39,544 nt of DNA from Nemertoderma westbladi (Eukaryota > Animalia > Xenacoelomorpha), in assembly GCA_032718475.1 (NCBI GenBank), contig JAUCBJ010007292.1, positions 1 to 39,544 on the forward strand, in the 5' to 3' direction. Shown one piece after another: positions 14,683-25,444 of the stretch (the first letter of the stretch is position 1; the number at the start of each line of letters is the position of its first letter). The position numbers and the translations under genes were made by a program. Below the pieces are notes generated by a model that worked only from the letters and a program-made list of their open reading frames with translations, made no database searches and had not been told where the DNA came from.

Positions 14683-17600
14683 TTACGTTATGGAGTCCCT
14701 AGATGTTTGAAGGATTAGGGAGGTGGTCGTGGGAAGAGAATCTTGCCTTCCACAGTTTCCGGAGAGTCCTCCATTCCCTTCCGATAAACACAAACGACCG
14801 ACTGGGTGATTGAGTCGCTGCATCCTGAATACAATTCCAGGTTTCCTCTTCGTCCTGGAATAGTGACGATAGAAACATCGCTCAAAGTATATGACGGCGT
14901 CACAAAGCCGATTCCAGGAGCTATAGTGGTCCGTCGCTCTCTGCAGGAGAGGTGAGAGTCCCTGCGAGACATCTGATGTTCCAGAGCTCCAATCGCTCTC
15001 TCTGATCTTCATGAAGGATCCACTCGCGGTGGGGAGGTTCAGATCCACGGCGTCGTCCCTGGCAACATGTAATACCGACAGATCTATCCCGGGTTCAAAT
15101 AACTCCGATCCACCCGTCCGGGTTTCAGGTTCGACTTTCTCCGCTCCCTTGGCTGGTCTAATCTCAGTCGGAGTAAGATGGGGAGGCCATTCATTCTCCT
15201 TACTCAGGAAGTCGGGTTCACCTAACCGGTCTATAGTATCTGTCAGTTCTTGAGGAGTTGCTCCTCTGGAAGCGATGTCTGTTGGATTAAACTTCTTGGG
15301 GCAATATCTCCATTGATCTACATTGGAGCTAAGATTGTCATTATCTGAGGAGTGTGGTGTTCCCTCAGTTGGGTCGTCTCCCTCACTAGTATCATCTTCC
15401 CATTCACTCACCTGGCAGACACGATCTTGAAGCAGTCTTTCCCTGAGCGTTCTACGGGAAGGTCCAGTAAGGTACCAACCTACTCTAGTTCTTACCGCAT
15501 AGGTCTGTAGTGGCTGCGGTTGAGCAGGCCGTTTCTCTAATGTCTCCAGCGCCTCATGCGCGTTTTGGCCGATGAGTATTTGCACTCCAGGATAATCAGT
15601 CTGGAATCGAGGTATGTTAAGATGTTGGATGCTCTCATCCTCGTCCCAATTATAAAGGTCTGCTTGAGTAGTAGCGAAGTTCTTTATAGCCACCATTTTC
15701 ACTGACCTTATACTGTATTCTCCTAGTTTATCCTGTGGGGTGGACAACTCACCTATATAATAGTCGGCAGCTACAGTAGAATTCCAAACCTGCATGATCC
15801 CTGACATGTTTAGCTTGGTTCGGAACTTGGGTTGTCCAGCAAAGATGACTTCGGCTAGTTCCCTATCGATGAATGTTCCTGTGCTACCGGAGTCCAGGAG
15901 GGCGTTCACTATATAGCTCTTCTGAGGTCCGTGGACCCGTAACTGGACTACAGGAAATTCTCGGATTCCTATATTGGAAGTTGGCGCTTTCCAAGATGGT
16001 TGTTGATCGGAAGTAGTTAAGGTAAGGTCGCTGTCTGTGTCTTTCTCATACACGAGTGCTCGATACACTGCGGTGGTGTTTATTAGGTAACAGGATTCGT
16101 TTTGGTCGGAGAACTCGTCCGTATAGAATCCTTCCATCTCAGATTGATCAGTGTCGTTCACATCACTGAATTGGACATGTAGTTCGGACTCACTTACCTG
16201 ACTCGGGCTGTTTCGTTCGAATTCCGTGTGCAACAAGATATGATGTTTTGCGCCGCACTTTGCACACCTTGCGTCGGAGTTACAGGTTCGCCGTTGGTGT
16301 CCTCGTCTGAGGCAATTATAACACAACCGCTTATCCCACATGACTTCACGTCTATCCTCGAGTGATTTCCTCAGGAATTTATCACACGCATTTAAACGGT
16401 GGGGCCCGTCGCACAGCACACATTTCGGCTTGATGTTACTTACTTTAACCTGTGCTATGTGGTGCACACTTGTTCTTTCCTCGGGCTTTCTTACCTGAAT
16501 TCCTTTAGGAGACGTAGGAGGGGTTTTTTGTACCGGTTCCCTTCTGTCATTGGGTCGAGACTTGGATTTACTTACCTGTTCTTTAGGCATTTTATTGACA
16601 TAATAAGGCCTGTCAGTGTCTTTCCCGCTGTCCTCTCCTTGAGAGGTTTGGCTTTCACCGTCGTCGGTATAACATACTGGTGTTACCCTTCTCCTAGAAA
16701 CGGGTTTCTCACTTACCTTGTTTTCCAATGTCTTCTCTCTGGACTGCCTTAGGAGCTGTAATTTCACTTCTCTATCTAAGAATGACATGAGATCAGTCAT
16801 GGTAGGGTCTCGTCGTTGTTGTTCCATCATATATAACACCTTCTTATCCCAGCGTGTACCTACTCCACCCTTGGGCAAAGCAGATGCTAAGGCTCTTACA
16901 ACCATAGAATTCTGGTATTCATGAGACTTACCTAGCCAATCTAATTGTCTACAGATCTCCTGAATCTCATCGGAAAACTCGATAATTCCGCTACTAATAA
17001 ACTTTCGGGGCGCTACTAACTTGGCATACAAGTACCCAGCGATATTATTCCTATTTCCATACCTGATGTTTAGTGTATCCCAAACTTGTCTTAATCCGTC
17101 TGGATGTCCAATAAACTTTAACGCCATTAACTTGGGAGATCCTTCCAAGCACTCGATGAGGTATCTAAGTTTTTCTCCATTAGATAGTACAGAGTTCTGT
17201 ATGTTATCTTTGTAATATTCATTAAAAGGTAACCATTTCATCTCATCTCCATTGAACTTGACGATCTCTCCAACCTTTACCGCTTGCCGGGCTTCGGTTC
17301 TAGCCATTTGACGCGTAAAACTTTCTTGGGCCGTTGTGCTATTTAATATCGAGTTATCGGTATATAAATTCCTCGGATTATGATCAGTTCCATAGGGAAT
17401 ATCATTACAAACAGGTCTATAATTACCCTTAATAGGGTTCACTATAGGAGTTTCTACTTCGCTAGCAGTATAGATGCGTGTAGGCTCCACACCTTGCGCA
17501 TGAGATACTTCAGACCTAACGGGTTGACACATTGTTACAGAGGGTGGTGGTATACCCTTTTGGGTGTTTACTAATTTATCGCGTTCAAGCGCGATACTTT

Positions 17601-18879
17601 GCTGCACTTCTTGCAACTCTAGCCTACTTTCCCTCACTGTTCCCTTTAAATGTTGGACAGTCCCTTCCAACTCTCGGACCTGTTGGGAGGAGCGTATCTG
17701 ATTCTCCTTCATCTCTCCAAGGAGAATATCCATCCCCCGCCGTCTCTCGTCTACCCAATCAACCGCCGAAACGGGATCCGCCAACGTCGTAGCGGGCGGA
17801 CGAGGGACAACGGGCGACAAATTATGAATAATTCGCTCGGGGTCCAGGACCTGAACTGTATCCGGGACAGTTCTACGGGGCACAGGTAGCTTAGTGCTAT
17901 GCAAAGGGAATTTAGAAGTAGTTTCAGGGAGCACAGGTGTATCTATCACCGAAGGGGTGATTTCAAGAACAGGCCTAATTATTTCAGGCTCATCTACTAT
18001 AGTAGGGAGTCTTTCGATTTTAATTATTTGGTCTGTGGGCTCTGTACTACCTAAGTTGGTGTTATTTAGTTGCCTTCTAACAGCTGGAGGCAAATCAGGC
18101 AATTTCTGACGGTGGAATGTTCTTTTACGTCTGCTTAGACGAGATCTATTTCCTTTGCCTTCAGTATCGGTGGTATCGCCTTCCTCAGAAGATGTATATC
18201 CCTGTCTTTTGGGAGTAGATCGATTCATCATCTGCATATTACTAGCTGTTAACTGTTTATTTATGCAGTCTTGATTCTCCTGAATGGTTTCCAATTCTAA
18301 TTGGGTGGTTTCTTCGGAAGCTCTCCGTTCTGCTTCTGCTACTGCCTCGACCGCTGCTACAGCCGCCTTTCTTTCTGCTTCGGCCGCTGCTGCTGCCACT
18401 TTTCTTTCGGCTTCTGCCTCTGCCTCTGCCGCTGCCACTTTTCTTTTGGCTTCTGCCTCTGCTTCTGCCGCTGCCACTTTTCTTTTGGCTTCTGCCTCTG
18501 CCTCTGCCGCTGCCACTGCCGCTTTTCTTTCTGCTTCTGCCGCTGCGACTGCTGCTGCCACTGCCGCTGTATTTCTGTCTTCTATACGTTTTTTCTTGAT
18601 TTGTTCTTCTTGGTCTCTAGCGATGCGGAGTTGTTCATCGAATTTAGCTTGGTTCGCCGCTAACCTATCCACATCAATTGCATCCAACACACGCTGGGCT
18701 CCTTCACTATTAGGGCTAAGCCCATCTAGTCTTCTCCGCAACTCTTCATCACCTACGAAACGCTGATAGTCTGACAGATAGATGTCAATGGCATCCCTCT
18801 TATGCGGTTTCTCTGCTGTCACTTCGCTCTCGGTTGTATCTAGTAGACTGTCTGACAGGTTCTGCTTTGCGTCAGACAT
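14683..18879 (-). CDS. gag: Gag-protease polyprotein (1398 aa) fused to an RNase H C-terminal remnant; RT and integrase absent
   Basis: DUF1759-like capsid region (KFNGDEMKWLPF...EKLRYLIECLEG); knuckles CVLCDGPHRLNAC, CYNCLRRGHQRRTC, CAKCGAKHHILLH; protease ALLDSGST...ILIGQ...RTRVGW; then QWRYCPKKFNPTDIASRG and YSSWNRL. No YxDD or DDE motif seen. Confidence 0.92.
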   Translation of the reverse strand: MSDAKQNLSDSLLDTTESEVTAEKPHKRDAIDIYLSDYQRFVGDEELRRRLDGLSPNSEGAQRVLDAIDVDRLAANQAKFDEQLRIARDQEEQIKKKRIEDRNTAAVAAAVAAAEAERKAAVAAAEAEAEAKRKVAAAEAEAEAKRKVAAAEAEAEAERKVAAAAAEAERKAAVAAVEAVAEAERRASEETTQLELETIQENQDCINKQLTASNMQMMNRSTPKRQGYTSSEEGDTTDTEGKGNRSRLSRRKRTFHRQKLPDLPPAVRRQLNNTNLGSTEPTDQIIKIERLPTIVDEPEIIRPVLEITPSVIDTPVLPETTSKFPLHSTKLPVPRRTVPDTVQVLDPERIIHNLSPVVPRPPATTLADPVSAVDWVDERRRGMDILLGEMKENQIRSSQQVRELEGTVQHLKGTVRESRLELQEVQQSIALERDKLVNTQKGIPPPSVTMCQPVRSEVSHAQGVEPTRIYTASEVETPIVNPIKGNYRPVCNDIPYGTDHNPRNLYTDNSILNSTTAQESFTRQMARTEARQAVKVGEIVKFNGDEMKWLPFNEYYKDNIQNSVLSNGEKLRYLIECLEGSPKLMALKFIGHPDGLRQVWDTLNIRYGNRNNIAGYLYAKLVAPRKFISSGIIEFSDEIQEICRQLDWLGKSHEYQNSMVVRALASALPKGGVGTRWDKKVLYMMEQQRRDPTMTDLMSFLDREVKLQLLRQSREKTLENKVSEKPVSRRRVTPVCYTDDGESQTSQGEDSGKDTDRPYYVNKMPKEQVSKSKSRPNDRREPVQKTPPTSPKGIQVRKPEERTSVHHIAQVKVSNIKPKCVLCDGPHRLNACDKFLRKSLEDRREVMWDKRLCYNCLRRGHQRRTCNSDARCAKCGAKHHILLHTEFERNSPSQVSESELHVQFSDVNDTDQSEMEGFYTDEFSDQNESCYLINTTAVYRALVYEKDTDSDLTLTTSDQQPSWKAPTSNIGIREFPVVQLRVHGPQKSYIVNALLDSGSTGTFIDRELAEVIFAGQPKFRTKLNMSGIMQVWNSTVAADYYIGELSTPQDKLGEYSIRSVKMVAIKNFATTQADLYNWDEDESIQHLNIPRFQTDYPGVQILIGQNAHEALETLEKRPAQPQPLQTYAVRTRVGWYLTGPSRRTLRERLLQDRVCQVSEWEDDTSEGDDPTEGTPHSSDNDNLSSNVDQWRYCPKKFNPTDIASRGATPQELTDTIDRLGEPDFLSKENEWPPHLTPTEIRPAKGAEKVEPETRTGGSELFEPGIDLSVLHVARDDAVDLNLPTASGSFMKIRESDWSSGTSDVSQGLSPLLQRATDHYSSWNRLCDAVIYFERCFYRHYSRTKRKPGIVFRMQRLNHPVGRLCLSEGNGGLSGNCGRQDSLPTTTSLILQTSRDSIT
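18340..18570 (-). repeat. In-frame 39-bp tandem repeats encoding Ala/Glu/Lys/Arg helical repeats (VAAAEAEAEAKRK) in the Gag N-terminus
   Basis: Visible in DNA (GCTTCTGCCTCTGCCTCTGCCGCTGCCACTTTTCTTTTG-like units) and in the translation. Confidence 0.9.
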
Positions 18880-20214
18880 GCTTATGTGTACAGTTGAATG
18901 TCTACTGCTGTATTACAGTCTGAGCAAGTCTAGTAACTCAGTATTAACTGCTAGCCTAGTAATTAATTACCGGTACTGCTACTCAGTGTAGCGTGATATA
19001 TATAATATATTAGAATACCGGTATGCTTATAGTATATATAACTATTATTACAGACTAGGTTTATCACAGAATACCGGTATAATTTTAGCACAAATATATA
19101 TAAAAATATAATAGGCCTATCGGAATACCGGTATACAGCTTACAGTTTGTAGTATATATAATTCTGAAATAGAATTAATTACACGTACCGGTATAATTTC
19201 AGCCTAGATTATAGAAATAAAGATAATAGGCCTATCGTAAATACCGGTATATCAATTATTTTAAAATAACTGAATTTCTGAACTTTAGGGTTACTTGGTT
19301 ACTTTAACTTACTTTATTACCGTTATTTAAGCAGTAATCCAACTGATATTGAGACCTAATGGTTGTATGGTAGGCCTACTATTTATAAATCGTTAGATTT
19401 GATTTATAATATATATATACCCGTTTTAATGGGTTTTGTCAATGTTGAAATAAATGTTATTATTTCTGGGGAGTAATCACTACACAAAGCGGTACGCTTT
19501 CAGTGAAGTGTTACTTATAGGACACTAAAACAAATAATTCTAATTTACCTAAGTTACTTAATACTACAAATTACGTACAATTCGGGTGAGATTACAATCT
19601 CTAAATAAACACAAAAATTTACAAAAAACACAAAATACGAATTTTTAGGGTAATTGTACAAGAAGTCTACAAACCAGCCTAACAAAGGGTTAGAAAACTG
19701 ATTATTACAGCGGACAGGGTACTACGGTATTTGAAATAATAAGTAGTAGTAAATACACTGCGTTGTCTAGATAGGAAAATACCACCGCCTGACGACCTAT
19801 AGCCGTATCGCTATAGGTTCTACGTTATGTATCACGGAGTGTTCCTACCTAGAAGTTAATAGAGCTAATCGAATGTGCCTATCAACCACTTTACAACACA
19901 GATATAATGTCTACAATAATTACTTCGGAAAGTACTGTACACTAAACCCTAAATTAGGTACGAGTACTTGTATAACAAATAATCAGTAGTTAAATATACT
20001 TGAACAGCTAAAAGAACCACGGCATCTGCTGGAGTGACCGATGCACAAAATCACCAGTCTTTACCTACGCCAAGCAGCCCGTGTAGTACCGAGGTTAATT
20101 TAACTATAGCGGTATGTATAACAAACACAATTACTGTAGGAACAAACTTGGGGACTTGAATGTTGCGAATAATCGCATAAACTCTGAATAATAAATATTA
20201 CGCTACGCGTACAA

Positions 20215-20790
20215 ACTACTCAAACAAAATACAGACAGAACACTGACAGACTACTATCAAGCCTAAACAAACTACGGTATATGCAGACTCCGAAATGATT
20301 AGGGAGTATGCGCTCTAACCCAGTAGTGCGACTTATTCTTTAGTTGGGGGATTACCTTACAGCGTTCGCTGCCCCTACTGCCTAATCGTACTTAATCGGA
20401 CAGATGATCTACACACGCGGCAATCCGTTCAGACCTAATAACAGCCAGACAACTATCCAGCCTACAAATTATCTAAATAAAATTATACGCTACCCGTACA
20501 GACTTACACAAACAAAGTACAGACTAAACAATGGCAGACCACTCTCAAGCCTAAATAAACCACAGGACATGCAGACTCCGAAATGATTAGGGAGTATGCG
20601 CTCTAACCCAGTAGTGCGACTTATTCTTTAGTTGGGGGATTACCTTACAGCGTTCGCTGCCCCTACTGCCTAATCGTACTTAATCGGACAGATGATCTAC
20701 ACACACTGCAATTCGTTCGGACTTAACAGCAATCAGACAAAAGCTCGGCCTACAAATCGTCTGTACAATCTGATCAGGCTTACACGCCTT
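20215..20790. repeat. Tandem duplication (288-bp period) in the 5' leader of element A
   Basis: 20281-20416 is identical to 20569-20704; the flanking parts of the units are diverged. Confidence 0.92.
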
Positions 20791-21029
20791 CTGTTCAATA
20801 CTGGCCTACAAATAAATAAAACTTGACAGAAATAAGTAAACCATATAAAGGTATAAGGGGTGATCAATCCCTAATCCCCTAAACAGCCTACCGGTATATA
20901 ATTATCAAAATCGAATAATACTGCTGTACCTGTACTGCTGTAGGTACCGGTCCGGGTGGTTAGGTAGTCAGGCCTACTGGGTACCGGTTGCCGGTACTTC
21001 AGCTTTATTGCCTACTGCAATACAGAAGC

Positions 21030-21041
21030 TATATCCTTTAA
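21030..21041 (-). promoter_or_regulatory. Non-tRNA primer-binding site of element A (TTAAAGGATATA)
   Basis: Immediately follows the 5' LTR terminal CA; no TGG; perfect 12-nt complement of LTR segment 21813-21824. Confidence 0.8.
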
Positions 21042-21812
21042 TGTTCGCGCTTTCAGACTTTTGGCAGTTTAACCCACCAAATTAAGATGTCTTCTAGATA
21101 TTAAATCAGTTTTTAGTCTATGACAAGTATTTGATTCACTACACTAGTCGAAACCAATCCGTGCGCGACCATTCACCCGCTGGAGATTCCCGGGAGATTG
21201 GGTTCGACGGTTTAATTTTATTGCTATGTAAGCCTAATGTATTATTCGACTGACAGTATTATATAATCTCTGACAATATTATTCACCTTCGGGAATATTA
21301 ACAGTTCCTTTAGGACGTGGCGCTTTATCTATATAAACAGAGTTATGACTTAAACTACTCACAACGATATGGCTTAATTATAATTCACATATATGGCGCA
21401 TTCTTTAGGAATTGCTTCTTTAACAGACTCACTCATACACAATGCTGCACAATACTGCACACTAATCTGCCAATCTTCACTGATTTTAGTCACATATAAA
21501 AGGAACACAGGCTGACTCATGTAGGGTCTATCAAATAACATTAGATTCACTTCAAACCACTTTAACATAAGTCACAATCGTTATTGGTAACCTTTCTCTC
21601 TTACCTTCGGTATATCAAGAATATTGGGTTGCGGGGTTATTTATCATTATTCCAAATATAATAATTCATCAACCATATTATGAAGAACTGACAGCAAATA
21701 ACAGTATAAAACAACAACTGAACACTGATTGTTACGAGTTTGCAATGTTTCAGCAGTCAGGATGTATGATCAGTTAGCAGTAGTCTTTAGGTATGCCGAT
21801 ATGTCAGGTCAG

Positions 21813-21824
21813 TTAAAGGATATA
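21813..21824 (-). promoter_or_regulatory. Putative self-primer segment in LTR A (minus strand TATATCCTTTAA; also at 11209-11220)
   Basis: Exact reverse complement of the PBS-position sequence. Confidence 0.75.
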
Positions 21825-21860
21825 TGTCCTTATAATTAAACCTACTAGTGTAAAACTAAA

Positions 21861-22057
21861 AACTGAAAACACGGAGGTGCCAAAAGCCGGTTCTTAGGCT
21901 CTGGGCAAAAACATAACACTGAACTACTGAGTTTCTGTATATACCTCCAACACAGAGACAACAAACGCTCTGATTGGTCAACCTGAACAACGAGAGAACA
22001 GAGAAACAAAGAAACGTCGACGTGGCAATATCAGCTGCTAGCCGTCGTCATGGTAGC
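21861..22057 (-). promoter_or_regulatory. Candidate U3 promoter elements: Inr-like TTCAGTT (21861-21867), CCAAT box (21970-21977), X-box-like GTCGTCATGGTAGC (22044-22057)
   Basis: Similar motifs occur in the same order in the diverged LTR B (TTCAGAC about 26246-26252, CTGATTGG 26383-26390, GTTTCCATGCCAGC 26428-26441). Function is inferred. Confidence 0.4.
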
Positions 22058-22266
22058 GACACTGTTTTCAAGAGTATCGAGCTTTTACGTCACGGAATTA
22101 CGGATTATGTCCTCTAAAGTACAAATACAGAAGAAATAGCTTTTATGTCCGCTAAAACACCAGTACAGCAAGGACACGGCCTTTTTATGCCTGGTAAACC
22201 AACTACAGAGTACTTTACGGGAAAAATAAGGAAAAATAACCGGACAATTCAGCAAAAGCTTTTACA

Positions 22267-24991
22267 GTGCTACATATCGGATGTGCTACATATCGGATGT
22301 GCTACATATCGGATGTGCTACATATCGGATGTGCTACATATCGGATGTGCTACGCTACATATCGGATGTGCTACATATAGGATGTGCTACATATCGGATG
22401 TGCTACATATCGGATGTGCTACATATCGGATGTGCTACATATCGGATGTGCTACGCTACATATCGGATGTGCTACATATCGGTTGTGCTACATATTGGAT
22501 GTGCTACGATACATATCGGATGTGCTACATATCGGATGTGCTACATATCGGATGTGCTACATATCGGATGTGCTACGCTACATATCGGATGTGCTACATA
22601 TAGGATGTGCTACATATCGGATGTGCTACATATCGGATGTGCTACATATTGGATGTGCTACGATACATATCGGATGTGCTACATATCGGATGTGCTACAT
22701 ATCGGATGTGCTACATATCGGATGTGCTACATATCGGATGTGCTACATATCGGATGTGCTACATATAGGATGTGCTACATATCGGATGTGCTACATATCG
22801 GATGTGCTACATATCGGATGTGCCACGCTACATATCGGATGTGCTACATATCGGATGTGCTACATATCGGATGTGCTACATATCGGATGTGCTACATATT
22901 GGATGTTCTACGATACATATCGGATGTGCTACATATCGGATGTGCTACATATTGGATGTGCTACATATCGGATGTGCTACATATCGGATGTGCTACATAT
23001 TGGATGTGCTACGAAACATATCGGATGTGCTACGCTACATATCGGATGTGCTACGATACATATCGGATGTGCTACGCTACATATCGGATGTGCTACATAT
23101 CGGATGTGCTACGCTACATATCGGATGTGCTACATATCGGTTGTGCTACGCTACATATCGGATGTGCTACGCTACATATCGGATGTGCTACGCTACATAT
23201 CGGATGTGCTACGCTACATATCGGATGTGCTACATATAGGATGTGCTACATATCGGATGTGCTACTTATCGGATGTGCTACATATCGGATGTGCTACATC
23301 GCGGATGTGCTACATATCGGATGTGCTACATATCGGATGTGCTACATATCGGATGTGCTACATATTGGATGTGCTACGATACATATCGGATGTGCTACAT
23401 ATCGGATGTGCTACATATTGGATGTGCTACATATCGGATGTGCTACGCTACATATCGGATGTGCTACATATCGGATGTGCTACATATCGGATGTGCTACG
23501 CTACATATCGGATGTGCTACATATCGGATGTGCTACATATCGGATGTGCTACATATCGGATGTGCTACATATCGGATGTGCTACATATCGGATGTGCTAC
23601 ATATTGGATGTGCTACGATACATATCGGATGTGCTACATATCGGATGTGCTACATATTGGATGTGCTACATATCGGATGTGCTACATATCGGATGTGCTA
23701 CATATTGGATGTGCTACGCTACATATCGGATGTGCTACGCTACATATCGGATGTGCTACGCTACATATCGGATGTGCTACATATCGGATGTGCTACATAT
23801 CGGATGTGCTACATATCGGATGTGCTACATATCGGATGTGCTACATATCGGATGTTCTACATATTGGATGTGCTACGATACATATCGGATGTGCTACATA
23901 TCGGATGTGCTACATATTGGATGTGCTACATATCGGATGTGCTACATATCGGATGTGCTACATATTGGATGTGCTACGCTACATATCAGATGTGCTACGC
24001 TACATATCGGATGTGCTACGCTACATATCGGATGTGCTACGCTACATATCGGATGTGCTACGCTACATATCGGATGTGCTACGCTACATATCGGATGTGC
24101 TACATATCGGTTGTGCTACGCTACATATCGGATGTGCTACGCTACATATCGGATGTGCTACATATCGGATGTGCTACGCTACATATCGGATGTGCTACAT
24201 ATCGGATGTGCTACATATCGGATGTGCTACGCTACATATCGGATGTGCTACATATCGGATGTGCTACATATTGGATGTGCTACATATCGGATGTGCTACA
24301 TATCGGATGTGCTACATATTGGATGTGCTACGCTACATATCAGATGTGCTACGCTACATATCGGATGTGCTACGCTACATATCGGATGTGCTACGCTACA
24401 TATCGGATGTGCTACGCTACATATCGGATGTGCTACGCTACATATCGGATGTGCTACATATCGGTTGTGCTACGCTACATATCGGATGTGCTACGCTACA
24501 TATCGGATGTGCTACATATCGGATGTGCTACGCTACATATCGGATGTGCTACATATCGGATGTGCTACATATCGGATGTGCTACGCTACATATCGGATGT
24601 GCTACATATCGGATGTGCTACATATCGGATGTGCTACATATCGGATGTGCTACATATCGGATGTGCTACATATCGGATGTGCTACGCTACATATCGGATG
24701 TGCTACATATCGGATGTGCTACATATCGGATGTGCTACATATCGGATGTGCTACATATCGGATGTGCTACATATTGGATGTGCTACGATACATATCGGAT
24801 GTGCTACATATCGAATGTGCTACGATACATATTGGATGTGCTACATATCGGATGTGCTACATATCGGATGTGCTACATATCGGATGTGCTACGCTACATA
24901 TCGGATGTGCCACGCTACATATCGGATGTGCTACGCTACATATCGGATGTGCTACGCTACATATCGGATGCGCTATGCTACATATCTGATG
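22267..24991. repeat. Continuation of the 16/21-bp satellite array
   Basis: Same monomer and orientation, resuming at the TSD; degenerates at the right end (...GCGCTATGCTACATATCTGATG). Confidence 0.99.
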
Positions 24992-25230
24992 ATTCTCCAG
25001 ACCCAACAACAGTCCGACAACAGTCCGGCCTACAATTATCTGAACAATCTGAGCAGACTTACACGCCTTCAGCTCAATATTAACTTACTAGGAAATAAAA
25101 CTGACAGAAATAGACCTAAGTAAAATCCCAATAAAACCAGGCGTCCCCGATTTAATATCGAGACCTACCGGTATACAATAATCAAAATCGAATAATACTA
25201 ATGTACTTATACTGGAAGTACCAGTTAGGA

Positions 25231-25382
25231 CAGTTGGGCCTACAGACCTACAGCAGTACCGGTTCAGGCAGTTAGGCCTACGGACCTACAGCAGTACTGG
25301 TTCTGGCAGTTGGGCCTACGGACCTACAGCAGTACCGATTCTGGCAGTTGGGCCTACGGACCTACAGCAGTACCGGTTCAGG
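25231..25382. repeat. Four tandem 38-bp repeats in the leader of element B
   Basis: CAGTTGGGCCTACGGACCTACAGCAGTACCGGTTCWGG x4. Confidence 0.93.
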
Positions 25383-25433
25383 TTTACCGGTCGACCGGTA
25401 CTTTCAACTTTATTGCTCACTGCAATAAAGACA

Positions 25434-25444
25434 ATAACTGTTAT
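25434..25444 (-). promoter_or_regulatory. Non-tRNA PBS of element B (ATAACAGTTAT), complementary to LTR segment 26197-26207
   Basis: Abuts the LTR end; 11-nt perfect complement lies at the position homologous to 21813-21824. Confidence 0.75.

Larger units (their letters stand above)
10438..22266 (-). mobile_element. BEL/Pao (Belpaoviridae) LTR retrotransposon, element A; both ends intact, internally deleted and non-autonomous
   Basis: Two 1225-bp direct repeats with TG...CA ends, 5-bp TSD GTGCT, minus-strand ORF with BEL-type Gag (three zinc knuckles), DSG protease and a Pao RNase H C-terminal remnant. Confidence 0.96.
21042..22266 (-). repeat. 5' LTR of element A
   Basis: Direct repeat of 10438-11662; lies upstream of the gag ORF on the minus strand. 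Confidence 0.97.

Noticed and set aside
18284-18766. Ala/Ser-rich and Cys/Phe-rich + strand ORFs
   Set aside because: Antisense shadows of the Gag alanine repeats.
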